A stretch of DNA of 64,000 nt, from assembly GCA_013239625.1 (NCBI GenBank), contig MU053379.1, positions 1,420,974 through 1,484,973 on the forward strand, read 5' to 3'. Below, piece after piece: positions 12,192 through 24,420 of this stretch. Positions within the stretch are counted from its first letter, which is position 1, and each line of letters begins with the position of its first letter. This DNA is from Lama guanicoe (lineage: Eukaryota). A model generated the notes under the pieces. It searched no databases, had not been told where the DNA came from, and saw nothing but the letters and a program-made list of their open reading frames with translations. The translations under genes were made by a program, and so were the position numbers.

Positions 12192-13946
12192 GTAAGTAAT
12201 CAGATCTTTAGGCAGCGCCTTTTCTTTCTGGTTCCTGCTTGGCTCCTGTTCGGGGACCAGCAGGCTGAGCTCGGAGGGGCCCATCCAGCCTTTGGACCAA
12301 GCCAGGTGTAGCCTGGAGGTCTTAGCAGGTGGCAAGGGGTAAGGAGCGGGCGGAGCACCCTTTTAGGGACACACACGGGAACTTCCTGGTTCCAGTTTTG
12401 TGAAATGTGTCCCTGTGCGGGCACCTTGTCTTGTGAGTAGTCCAGAAGGACACGGGGTCAGGATGCCACGCCAAGGGGCTCTGCCTGACAGGTTCAATGC
12501 TCCCAGCCCCCTCGGGCACGTGGGCCTCACTTCTGAGAGAGCGCTCTCCCCTTCCGTTGTGGTCATGCCCAGATGGGAGGGACAGTGGCACGGGGTCAGT
12601 GGAAAGGTGCTTGGAGCAGGTGTTGTGCTGGTGTGTGAAGCAAAAAGGGGTCATACAGCTGCGAATGTGGCTTTTAAGTATACGGTGCCTGAATACCGTG
12701 TCACCTAATATTAAGGAAAGAACAGTGTCCAGCTTCATAAATTATCTTTGCTTGAACTTAAATATTGATCTGAAGTATACGAATATTTGAAAGTAGAGGT
12801 TGAGTTTGGTTTTTTGAGTGTAATAAAATAAAAACACTAACAAATTAAAGCAGCTTATGGAATCCAAATAATTTCACTTATCAGGGGATTATGATATTAT
12901 GAGAAGTAAATCAGCTAAACAGACAAATAGTCTGCACGTTTAAAAGTTAGTGATGCGAATCCATAAACTTCTAATCTGCCTCCTCTCTTTGCGTAGAAGC
13001 TCTGGTGTTCTTTCCAAAAGTTTCTTTTCTTTTTTAAATGAAATGTCGAGAAACTTGGCTTTTTTGGAAATACGTAACTCTAAAAGTAAACCTTGCTTTT
13101 GAAAAATGAAATTATTATACCTGAAGGAGAATTGTAATAAATAGCAGGCTGTCGTTGTTAATAAAAACAAATCTGAGAACTCACAGTTTCGAAGTTGCAT
13201 ATCCGTGATGTGACCCTCACAACCACCACGAGGGGGAAGCGGCTTTGTTTTCCTTAATTGACTTGTTCAAGATCATGGGATGTGGCCACTAAGTGAGTGA
13301 GCTGGGTTCCAACAGAAGACAGTCTTTCAGTTTGTATTGCCTCAGATTTCTTCTGACTGAACTTCCTTAGCTGCCGTCTTTCTGATTTATAATATGGTCT
13401 CTCTACACAAATAAAGCCTCAAGACTTCTCAGACCAGTGGGTGGCTCTTGGTCCTCCAGGAGTGAGCTGTTCCAGAGGTGGATTCATGTCCCTGCATTGA
13501 CCTTCAGCTCGCTTATAGTTGCAGTGGGGTTGGTTATAGGTCCGTGGGTTCCTTTTCTCCTGCAAAGCTGGGTGGTGTTGATCAGAATCCCTCAGTACCT
13601 GCCCGCAAGGCCGTCCCTCAGAGCTGCTAGTTCTGTTGTATTTCTCTGGGTTCTGGGCATCGCTGCCCTTCTGCAGAACCTGTGTATCTCACAGTTAGAA
13701 GCGTTGTCTGTGTCTGATAGGCTGGAAAAAAATTTTGTTGAGTAAAAAGGTTAATAAGGGATACATATGCAAATTAAAGTGTCTTACCGTGTTGAAAGAA
13801 CCTCCTTTTCTTGAGCATTAATCGATATTAACAGTGTTCTTTTTGGTAAGATCACATTTATCTATCTGTTTATTTTATTGAGATATAGTTGATGTATAAT
13901 ATTATGTTAGTTTCAGGTATATGACATATGGAGTCGACATTTAAAT

Positions 13947-14060
13947 ATGCACAAGGTCCTGGGTTCAATCCCCAGTCCCTCCATTTAAATAAATAAAAAA
14001 GTAAATAAATAAATAAGTCTAATTACCTCCCCTCTCCTTACAAAAATAAAATAAAATAAA
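13947..14060 (+). mobile_element. 5'-truncated Vic-1-like SINE nested in L1
   Basis: atgcacaaggtcctgggttcaatccccag followed by the (aaat)n / ctaattacctcccc tail. Confidence 0.85.
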
Positions 14061-15314
14061 ATACATCACGAAATTATTACCGTGGTAAGTCTAGTAACCA
14101 TCTGTCACCACACAAAGTACTACAGTATTCATGACTATGTTCCTTAGGCTGTATATTACATCCCGCTGACTTATTTTGTACCTAAAGGTTGTACCTCTTA
14201 ATCTTCTTCACCTATTTTTCCCAACCCCCTCCCCCGCTGGAAACCACCAGTTTGCTCTCTGTATCTGTGAGTCTGTTTCTGTTTTGCTCTGTTTGTTTTT
14301 TAGACTCCATATATAAGTTAAATCATGTGGTATTTGTCTTTCTCTTCCTGACTTATTTCACTTAGCATAATACCCTCTAGGCCCATCCATGATGTGTCAA
14401 ATGGCAAGATTTCATTCTTTTTATGGCTGAGTAATATTCCACTGTACACATATATACCACATCTCTTTATCATTCATCTACTGGTGGACAGTTATGTTGT
14501 TTATATATAGTGGCTATTGTAGATAATGCTACATTGAACACAGGGGTGCATGTATCTCTTTGAATTAGTGTTTTTGTTTTCTTCAGGTCAATATCCCAAA
14601 GTGGAATTACTGGATCTTATGGTAGTTCTATTTTTAATTTTTTGAGAAATCTCCATGCTGTTTTCCGTAGCAGCTTCACCAGTTTACATTCCCACCAGCA
14701 GTGCTTGGGGGTTCCCTTTTCTCCACGTCCTCACCACGCTTAAATGGTCAGTTAATCTATCACAGTGGAGGCAAGAATATACAGTGGGGAGAGGCAGCCT
14801 TTTCAATAAACGATGTTAGGAAAACTTGACGGCTACATGGAAAAGAATGAAACTAGACCAGTTTTTTACACCATAGGCAAAAACAAACTCAGAAAGAATT
14901 GAAGACTTAATCATAAACCATAAAACTTCTAGAAGAAAACAGGCAGTACTTTGATATTGATCTTAGCAATGTTTTTTGCATCTGTCTCCTCAGGCAAGGG
15001 CAGCAAAAGCAAAAATAAACAAATTGGATGACATCAAACTAAAAAGCTTTTGCATAGCTAAGGAGACTGTCAGCAAAATGAGAAGGCCACCTACTGAATG
15101 GAAAGAGAGATTTACAATGATATATCTGATAAGGGGTTAATATCCAAATTATATGAAGAAATCACACAACTCAATATCCAGAAAACAGTTTGACTAAAAA
15201 ATGGGTGGAGGGCCTGAACTGACATTTCTCCAAAGAAGACATGCAAATGGCCAACAGCACGTGAGAAGATGCTCGACATCACCAATCATCAGGGAGATGC
15301 AGATCAAAGCCCCA

Positions 15315-15409
15315 GGGGGAGGGGCAGGAATGGCAGAGCACCTGCTTAGCATGGGCAAGGTCCTGGGTTCCCCAGTACCTCCATTGAAAAAAAAAGATTA
15401 AAAAAAAAA
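15315..15409 (+). mobile_element. Vic-1-like SINE nested in the inverted L1 arm
   Basis: ggggagggg...tggcagagcacctgcttagcatgggcaaggtcctgggttccccagtacctcc plus A tail. Confidence 0.85.
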
Positions 15410-16529
15410 CCAGTCACTGGTTTGTAAATCGGCACTGAGATGTCACCTCACACATTTCACAATGGCTGTCATCAAAAAGAGAATAAATAACTAGTTTTGG
15501 CACATTATTATTTTAAAAAAATAATCATGAGGTGGAAAATGAATATTTATGGATCATGCTTCTGTATTTTAATTTAATCTATAATTTAAAATTTAAAGTT
15601 ATTTCAAAGAGTGCTTTTAGTTATTAGAATGTTTCGCTATGTTATGATACTCCATTTAAATTTAATTTTGGTAATAACAAAACAAGAACTCTGAATCTTG
15701 GGGTCTGCAGTATAATCTAGAAAGTGTGGGTCCTTTGGGAATGCTTCCTGTTCAATATCTTTGTTTCTCAAACAAGGTCACGAACTCCCTTAAGTTAATC
15801 TTGATGCAGATAGCTTCGATTACCACTGAATTAATGTGCGTGATTTTAGTAGACTGATGAGTTAATCAGCTTCCATTCCAACCACGGAGGTACTAGAGCA
15901 ATTGCTTTATCTGCCTGGGTTAGTTTTCCTGACTCTTTGAGTGAGCATAACCATTTCTGCTTATTGAAAGGGTTAGTTGGTTTCATTGTGGCAATTTTTC
16001 TGAAATACACATTTTTTAAACTGTGTCATAGGGAACATCGAACTCATAAATAGGATGGTGGAACTGATCACTATGTAGTCATCATCCTGTATCCGGTGAC
16101 TATCATCCCTCACAGAAAAGTCACATCTGTTGGGTGTCTCAGTGCACGGCGTGGCTATGGGCACTGTTGGTGGAGAGTCCAGCTGGAGAGAAGTGTGGGC
16201 GGAGCACACGTTGGGGTAACGTGTGGGAACCACAGAGAATAGTTCATAGTTCATTGAATGACTGTATTCTTTCCGTTTGATGGGCACCGTTTGCTTAAAA
16301 TTTTTTTTCTAACGCAGTCCATGTGGCAGTAAACATGCTTGTATGTAAATTTTGGTCTACTTGTGTGAGTATTTCTGTGGGACAATGGGGGAAACATCTA
16401 AATATGAAGCAGGCTTGGATACTTTCATTCTCCCCTATGAAGATATTACTATAACCTGATAAATTTTTAGCACTTTCTGCTCTTTTCTTGGAACTTCTAG
16501 GTTAATTATTCTCCCAATGAAATTATCTT

Positions 16530-17090
16530 CATAGGGGTTAGCTTAAGAAATGCTAGCTGCCGCAGCAGACACTCAGAGAGCTCCGTGGCTTAATGTAGTT
16601 TCATTAACACAATGAAAGTTAATGTCACCAAAGCACAGCTTGGTTTGGTAGGCGTCTACTCCATTTGCTGATTCAGGGATCAAGGCTCCCTCCAGTTTGT
16701 AACACTGGCCTCCTGGGCAGAAGAAGAGAGGGTGGAGGTGCCTTACCAGCTCTTATATGTCACCTCTGTTCACGGTTCTGTCTGCGTTACTCACTTTCTG
16801 GAGGAGCTCTGGGGTGCACTTGGATGTTGGGTGAGCACAGGGTCTCTTCCCATCCTCCAGCCAACAAAGAAGGGGACGTCGTATATTTGACTGCCTTTGG
16901 CCTCCAGCCCCGTGTAATGCGTGTCCAAGCATTTGAAGCCCTCGCCCACCAAGGGAAGTCGTACACCGTCGCTTCCTCAGTGTCCTGTTGGCTACACAGG
17001 TCAGCCCTATTCAGTGTGGGAGGGGAGCACACGAGACTTGAACACCAGGAGGCGAGGACCTGGGGGCCACCGTGGGGGCTGACCACCACA
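16530..17090. mobile_element. MaLR (MLT1-type) LTR remnants, possibly two elements
   Basis: The end cagccctattcagtgtgggagggg...caccaggaggcgagg...gggggccacc...gctgaccaccaca resembles an MLT1F/G terminus. Confidence 0.65.
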
Positions 17091-17299
17091 GTGGGAGGTA
17101 GAAGTGACCAGGCTCCATGATGCTGAACTTGTCGTTTATTGAAAGGTAGCATTAGTTACAGTTACCTAACAGTAGAAGTTTGGCTTATGCCACATGCCAT
17201 TGTGGTGTCTTGTATTTTAATGAAAAACCAGACCAACAGAAGGTGGGCCTCGTTGCACTGAGGTTTGGTGGGCAGAAGTGGAGATTGGTGTCAGAAGGC

Positions 17300-17483
17300 T
17301 TGTATTCCAGCGCTGACCTCTGCTTCCTGCAGGGTGGCCGTGACGGAGGGAGCTCGGCGTCTCCTCGGACGGAGGGCGATGACCGTTTGTGCCTGTAGAT
17401 CTCATGGGCTATTGTGAAGGATGAAGTCGCGTGTGAGGCGTGCACGAATTGTGCAGTGTGCTGTGGGAATGTTATTATGATAA
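17300..17483 (+). mobile_element. MIR remnant
   Basis: ctcatgggctattgtgaaggatgaa...aatgttattat resembles the MIR core and 3' end. Confidence 0.45.
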
Positions 17484-18469
17484 CGAGGAAGGCTTTTCAA
17501 ATGAGTGAGATTTGTTCAGTATCTCAGCTGAGTATGTTTTTCAGACCCAGTATTTGAGGATTCAGCTTAACGTTTTTTTGTGCTGGATAAAGAGATTGGT
17601 GACCACAAGTGCCTTTGTCCCGAGCTGCTGCAAAGTGAAAGGTGTGGGATTGGCAGGCGGAGCCTTCCCACTTCTGTAAGGAAGTTCAATCCAGGTGATG
17701 CTGACATTCGGAGCCTCCTCGGAGCCTTTCCGTCTAGGCTGGGACCTGCACCTGTGGCTGTCTCCCCTGGGCCAGTCCTGAGTTTTTGCCTCTGACTCCT
17801 TTCCGTAGATCAGTGTTTCAGGCCTCAGGTTTCCCTCTGGCTTCTCCACTGTGGGAGGAGGAGAACTGGCTGAGGGTCCTCAGCCTAACCGTGGTTGATG
17901 AGGTCTGTGGCTGCGTGCTGGGGTATGATCCCCGAGATCTGAAAACAGACCTCGGAGAAACCCCAGGCAGAGATTTCTGAGAATTCACTTTGTAGGTGGG
18001 AGAAGCTTAAAAAATAAACATTTATTTATTTATCCTTGTCTAGTGTTTTAAATAAGATTTTCTCGTTAGTGTTGTGTCTGTCTGCAGGGAGCTACTGTTC
18101 GTTAAGCCCGGGGGAAGAACGTCCCAGGGAGAGAGCATGAAGGCTTGAGGTGTCTGTGTGTTTTCTTAAAGATTCAACTATAGGTCTAAATGTCAAACGT
18201 AGCCAGTCTTTCTTCCATTTGTACCTAATTTCTAATAGCTAAATGTTGGTCATGCTTTGTGTCTCTGCAGTAGGTGTTAACAGGCGAAAGTGTCGGTGAA
18301 ATTTGACTTTCTTTTCTGAACTGAAGGAACTGTGCTGTCCTGTTCCATTTCTCGTTGATAACTAGTGATTTGTAACTTGGATTCAACTCCAGATACCCAG
18401 GGGATGTGGTTAATAAGAGTAAAAGAAGAGGAAGATTCACGACTTTACTGTTTGTTTTTCTTTTTAATT

Positions 18470-18955
18470 TTCTCTTTCAGCTTTATTGAGATATAATTGA
18501 TGTGTAACATTGTGTGAGTTCAGGTGCGCAGTGTGATGACCTGACACACATGTACATGTAAAATAGTTACCGTGATAACCATCCCCCCTCACCTCACATG
18601 ATTGCTAGGTGTTTTTTTCTTTTTATTCTGCTGGTTGAGAACTTCCAAGATACACTCCCCTAGCACCTTCAAGTAGACAGTCCAGTAGGGTTAATTGCAG
18701 CCCCGTGCTGTACGCTTACTCGTCTTGTCACTGGAAGTTTGACCCCTTTGACCAACCTCTCCCGGTTTTCCTGCTCCCCACCCCCGACAACCACCACTGT
18801 AATCGCGGTTCCTGTGAGTCTGGCTTTTTTAGGTTCCATGTATACGTGAGATCATGCAGTATCTCTCTCGGTCTGCCTTACCTCACTTAGTTACCCGTTG
18901 TTACAAATGGCAGAATTTCTTTTTTATGGCCAAATGATATTCCTGTGCATGTGTA
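18470..18955 (-). mobile_element. LINE-1 3'UTR fragment
   Basis: cagctttattgagatataattga...ctggaagtttgacccctttgacc...gtgagatcatgcagtat. Confidence 0.85.
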
Positions 18956-18961
18956 TTACAT

Positions 18962-19168
18962 TTTATTTCTTTTTTTTAATTTTGAAAAATTAAAAAAATT
19001 TAATTTTGAAAAATTGAAAAACTTTAATTTTGAAAAATTAAAACATTTTAATTTTTAGTTGTGGGGAGGTAATTACGTTTATTTATTTATTTAGTGGAGG
19101 TACTGGGAAATGAACCCAGGACCTCATGCACGCTAAGCAGACACTCTGCCACTGAGCTATACTCCCCC
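18962..19168 (-). mobile_element. Vic-1-like SINE with a 24-bp tandem repeat in its tail
   Basis: SINE head at ~19095-19168; taattttgaaaaatt recurs at 18977, 19001 and 19025. Confidence 0.88.
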
Positions 19169-19194
19169 TCCACCTCCATTCATTTTTAATTGCG

Positions 19195-19790
19195 TTTTTT
19201 TATTGAGGTGATTATAGGTTCACTTGCAATTGTAACAAATAATAGTGAGATACTGTGAACCTTTCAGCCATTCTCCCCTAATGGCAGCATCTTGCAGAGA
19301 ATAGTATAGTAGCACAATCAGGACATTGAGATTGATGTAATCCATCCATCTTTAGGTCAAAGTTCTTTTTTTTTTCCCTATGGATGTCTAGTTGATTCAG
19401 CATCATTTGTTGAAAAGGCTCTCTTTCCCTCATTTTTACACTTTTGTCCAAAATCAGTCGGACTTACTCGTGTGCGTCTGTTTCTGGGTTCTCCACGTGC
19501 CTGTCCCTCCATCGTTACTACACTTTCCTCATCAGTGTGGCTGTGTAGTCAGGCTCAGTGCTGGGAACAGGGACTCCTCCCACTTTATTCTCCTTTGTCT
19601 GACTTGTTCCAGCTTTTCTGGACCCAGACCTTTCCATATCAAATTTTACAATAAGCTTATTTTGTCTATGAAAACTGTGCTGGAATTTTGATAGGAATTG
19701 CATTAAAGCTCTATAGCAATTTGCAGAGAAGTATCTTTTTTACTCTGTTGAATCTTCTAGTCCATAAACATGGCATGTCTCTCCATTCAT
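19195..19790 (-). mobile_element. Old L1 (L1MC-like 3' end + ORF2 fragment)
   Basis: cagcatcatttgttgaaaaggctc, ggaattttgataggaattgcatt, ccataaacatggcatgtctctccatt. Confidence 0.75.
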
Positions 19791-19800
19791 GAAATAGTTT

Positions 19801-22503
19801 CTTTTCTTAAAATTGAAGCATAGTTGATTTACGTGTTAGTTTCAGGTGTACAGCATTGTGATTCAGATAAATACGTATGTTCTTTTTCAGATTTTTTTCC
19901 ATTATAGGTGATTACAAGATATCGAATATATTTCCCTGTGCTATACAATAGGACCTTGTTGCTTATTTCTTTTATATATAGTAGTGTGTATCTGTTAATC
20001 CCAAACTCCTAATTTATCCCTCCCCCTCCACTTCAGTAACCATAGTTTGTTTTCTACGTCTGTGAATCCATTTTTGTTTTGTAAATAAGTTCATTTGTAT
20101 CATTTTTCTTAGATTCCACATATAAGGGATATCATATGATACTTGTCTTTCTATGTCTGACTTACTTCACTTAATGCGGTAGTCTCTAGGTCCATCCGTG
20201 TTGCTACAAGTGGCATTATTTCATTTTGTATGGCTGAGTAATATTCCAGTGTATCTGTATATCACATCTTCTCTATCCGGTCATCTGTTGATGGACATCT
20301 TGGTTGCTTAAATGTCTTGGCTATTGTAAATAGTGCTGCTGTGAACATTGGGGTGCATATATCTTTTTGAATTGGAGTTTTTGTGTTTTCCAAGTATATG
20401 CCTGGAGTGGGATTGCTGGATCATATGGTAATTCTAATTTTAGTATTTTTAAGGAACTTCCAAATTGTCTTCCATAATGGCTGCACCAATTTACATTCCC
20501 ACTAACAGTGTAGGAGGATTCCCTTTTCTCTACACCCTCTCCAGCATTTATTATTTGTAAACTTTTTAATGATAGCCATTCTGACCAGAGTAAGGTGATA
20601 CCTCATTGTAATTTTGATTTGCATTTCTTTAATAATTAGTGATGTTGAGCATCTTTTCATGTGCTTGTTGGCCATCTGTATGTCTTCTTTGGAGAAATAT
20701 CTATTTAGGTCTTCAGCCCATTTTTTGATTGAGTTGTTTGGTTTTTTTTTTGTTATTGAGCTGTACGAGCTGTTTGTATATTTTGGAAATTAAGCCCTTG
20801 TTGGTTGCAAAGTTTGCAAGTATTTTCTCCCATTCTGTAGGTTGTCTTCCTGTTTTGTTTATGGTTCCCTTTGCTGTGCAAAAGCTTTTAAGTTTAATTA
20901 GGTCCCATTTGCTTATTTTTGCTTTTATTTCCATTACTCTAGGAGCCAGATCAAAAAAATACATTGCTGTGATTTATGTCTGAGAGTCTTTAAGGCCTAG
21001 GTTTTCCTCTAGGAGTTTTAGAGTATGTGGTCTTACATTTAGGTCTTTAATCCATTTTGCGTTTATTTTTGTATATGGTGTTAGAGAATGTTCTCATTTC
21101 AGTCTTTCACAGGTAGCTGTCCAGTTTTCCTGGCGCCACTTATTGAAGAGACTGTCTTTTCTCCATTGTATGTTCTTGCCTCCTTTGTCATAGGTTAATT
21201 GACCGTAAGTGTGTGGGTTTATTTCTAGGCTTTCTATCCTGTTGCATTGATCTGTGTGTCTGTTTTTGTGCCAGTATCATGCTCTTTTGATTACTGTAGC
21301 TTTATAGTGTAGCCTGAAGTCAGGGATTGTGATTCCCCCAGCTCTGTTTTGTTTCAAGCTTGTTTTGGCTGTTTGGGGATTTTTGTGTTTCCATACAAAT
21401 TAAAAATTTTTTTTGTACCAGTTTTGTGAAAAATGCCATTGGTAATTTGTTGGGAATTGCACTGAATCTGTATATTATCTTGGGCAGTATGGCCATTTTA
21501 ACAATATTGATTCTTCCAACCCAGGAACATGGTACATCTTCCCATCTGTTTGTGTCAGCTTCAGCTTCTTTCATCAGTGTTGTATAGTTCTCAGAGTGCA
21601 GGTCTTTTGCCTCCTTAGATAGGTGTATTCCTAGGTATCTTATTCTTTTTAATGCAATGGTAAATGGGATTGTTTCCTTAACTTCTTTTTCTGATATTTT
21701 GTTGTTAACATATAGAAATGCAACAGATCTCTGTGTATTAATTTCGAATCCTGCAACTTCACTGAATTCCTTGATGAGCTCTAGTAGTTTTCTGGTAGCA
21801 TCTTTAGGATTTTCTGTGTAGAGTATCATGTCATCTGCAAAGAGTGACAGTTTTACTTCTTCTTTTCCAATTTGGAATCCTCTTATTTCTTTTCCTTCTC
21901 TGATTGCTGTGGCTAGGACTTCCAAACTATGTTGCATGAAAGTGGTGAGAGGGGGCAGCCTTGCTTGTTCCTGACCTTCGAGGAGATGCTTTCAGCTTTT
22001 CCCCAGTGAGCATGATGTTAGCTGTGGGTTTGTCATATGCAGCCTTTATTATGTTGAGGTATGTTCTATCTGTGCCCACTTTCTGGAGAGTTTTTGTTTT
22101 AAATAGAGGTTGGATTTTATCAAAAGCTTTTTCTGCATCTATTGAGGTGATTAATTTGTTGTTTTAAAGCTTCAGTTTGTCACTGTGGTGTATCATGTTG
22201 ATTGATTTACAGATACTGAAAAATCCTTGCACCCCTGGGATAAGTCCCACTTGATCGTGGTGTGTGATCCTTTTCATGTATTGTTGGAGTTGGTTTGCTA
22301 GTATTTTGGTGAGGATTTTTGCATCTATGTTCATAAGTGATGTTGGCCTGTGATTTTCTGTTTTTGTGATCTCTTTGGTTTTGGTGTCAGGGTGATTACG
22401 GCCTCATAGAATGAGTTTGGAAGTGCTCCTTCCTCTGCGGGTTTTTGGGACAGTTTCAGAAGGATAGGCATGAACTCTTCTCTAAGTGTTCGGTAGAATT
22501 CAC
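19801..22503 (-). mobile_element. 2.7 kb 5'-truncated LINE-1 with a disrupted ORF2 (RT domain to C-terminus)
   Basis: ORF 21320-21937 contains the L1 RT motif [10 protein letters not shown] and [21 protein letters not shown] 20713-20964 contains [14 protein letters not shown]. Imperfect TSD tgaaatagtttctttt / tgaaacattttctttt. Confidence 0.97.
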
Positions 22504-22529
22504 TGAAACATTTTCTTTTTTAAAAATAA

Positions 22530-23045
22530 AGAGCTAATCTTTATAGATTCTAAGTAACATCAGTAACAAACAAGGACCAAAACACATGGGAACCTGGAAA
22601 AGGCTATTATCAGGCAATTCCCGGAAGAACGGAAAATGGTGACTCGGGGTGAAAAGAGGCTCAGTTTCACTGGTGACGCAGGAAACGCAAATGGTAAGAT
22701 GCCGTTGTTCTGTCTTTTTAGACGGAGAAATGAAAAGTTGACGGCAGCAATTAATGAGAGTGCAAGGAAGTGGGCGTGTGGTGCACTGTTGGTGGGAGCA
22801 CGCTGGGGAAGTGTTTTTAGAAGGCATTTAGCAATGTTGATCAAAATTAGAACTAGACATAACTGACTGAGCAGGGCCACTACTTTGAGCTTCTCCTCAA
22901 GTCTGTGCACATGCGCACGGAGGTACCGGTACAGGGGTGCTCAGTGCAGTGCTGGGGAACAACCAAAGTGCTCAGCGTAGAGGAAAGGCTAGACAAACTG
23001 TGTGTCATCTGTAGTGTAAGATACTGTGCATCAGTTAAAAAGTCA
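22530..23045 (+). mobile_element. Ancient L1 (L1ME-like) ORF2 C-terminal fragment
   Basis: cactgttggtgggag...agaaggcatttagcaat...gaacaaccaaagtgctcagcgtagaggaaaggctagacaaactgtg. Confidence 0.7.
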
Positions 23046-24142
23046 GGCCAACCTTTGAGGCACCTCAAATTAGGTAAGAGTAGAAGTCAAATTATACCCC
23101 TTCTCCCCTTTTTCGGTTTTACTTTCAAACGGTTATAAAGCAACCATCTGGCCAGTTCTGACTCTCTTGTGATACGGCTGCTTCAGATAATAACGTTGTG
23201 GCTTAGGGAGGCTAAATTACTTTCTTTTTATGACTCTTATTTCGAAATCATTTTTATTGCTTTCGTTATGTACCGGGAGTGGGGAATAAAGGTCCAGGGC
23301 TTGGGGGAGGGGGTCATGCCTCTGCAGGAACGGTGTGTTCTGGCTCCGCCCCGTGGTCTGGTCCTCCCAGTTCCCTGGCCCCTTGTCATCCTACTTGGGT
23401 CGGAAGAGCATTGCTAACCCCTCTGAGAAATGGCTTTTCCTTTGACAGGGTCTTAATAGGGCTGGTGTCCTAAAAAAGTCTTGTTTTCATGATCCAGTTG
23501 GGGAGAAAAGTTTCATCAAAACTATTCATGCATTAGTTGACTAATGCCTTGACCTATACGCCTTTCAAAATGGATTGTACATTTAATTTAGTAAATCACA
23601 AATTTTACTTTTTCAAAAAAACTTCAGAACAGAATTGCTTCTGTGAGCCAAGCTCATTTTCTGTATGTTCTTTTCCAACTAAGGATGTTTTACTGTGGAT
23701 TCTTTAAGACAGATAAGAAGGCGTAGGACAGTAAACACTGGTATATCTACTTCCCAGTGTAAGAAAATATTCTTTTTACTTGTAGATTCTTGAAGATGTT
23801 CCAGTGAAGGGCAGACTGCCATTTTTAGGTCCCTTGTGCCAGGGCCTTCTGATTAAATATTGGTATGTGGGTCTCAGCTCTGTGCCACTTCTTGTGGTGG
23901 CCCCTGTGATGGGAGATTCCGCAGCAGGGCTCGGATTCTGCCCTGATGCAGGGCTGGGAAAGAGACCAGGCCAGGGGATCAGACTCAGAAAATGGCTTCT
24001 TGTGATGTCTTCATAGATGAATTTTAATATTTAACACAGATTTGTAGGAAGCTGTTCCCCTGCTCTTGCCAAGGATCCTGCAATACTGACACCCTTGGGT
24101 GAGCCAGCAAGGCAGTGCAGGATCCAGACCTGGTCCCTTTCC

Positions 24143-24243
24143 CCCATCCATCCTTTCATCCATCTGTCATCCATGCATCCACTTATCCATCTGTCTGTTT
24201 GTCTGTCCATCCCTCCATCCACCCGTGTATCCATCTATCCATC
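24143..24243. repeat. Degenerate (CCAT)n microsatellite
   Basis: Repeated catc/ccat units. Confidence 0.85.
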
Positions 24244-24276
24244 TTGGCATCCCTTTGTAAAAAAATAATTTCACAT

Positions 24277-24420
24277 TTAAAAATTTTTGTCTTTTTAAAT
24301 TTTGTTTTGGGGGGAGGTGATTAGGTTTTTATTTATTTATTTATATGGAGGTACTGGGGATTGAACCCAGGACCTTGTGCATGCTAGGCACACACTCTAC
24401 CCCTGAGCTATACCCTCCCC
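24277..24420 (-). mobile_element. Vic-1-like SINE
   Basis: ggaggtactggggattgaacccaggaccttgtgcatgctaggcacacactctacccctgagctataccctcccc plus tail. Confidence 0.92.

Larger units (their letters stand above)
13869..15501 (-). mobile_element. 5'-inverted LINE-1 (twin-primed): minus arm 13869-~14737, inverted plus arm ~14738-15501
   Basis: An antisense 3'UTR/ORF2 end switches to sense ORF2 at ~14737, and the two arms are adjacent in L1 coordinates. Confidence 0.88.

Noticed and set aside
21320..21937. 205-aa reverse transcriptase ORF as a novel RT system
   Set aside because: Ordinary fragment of a truncated, disrupted L1 ORF2.
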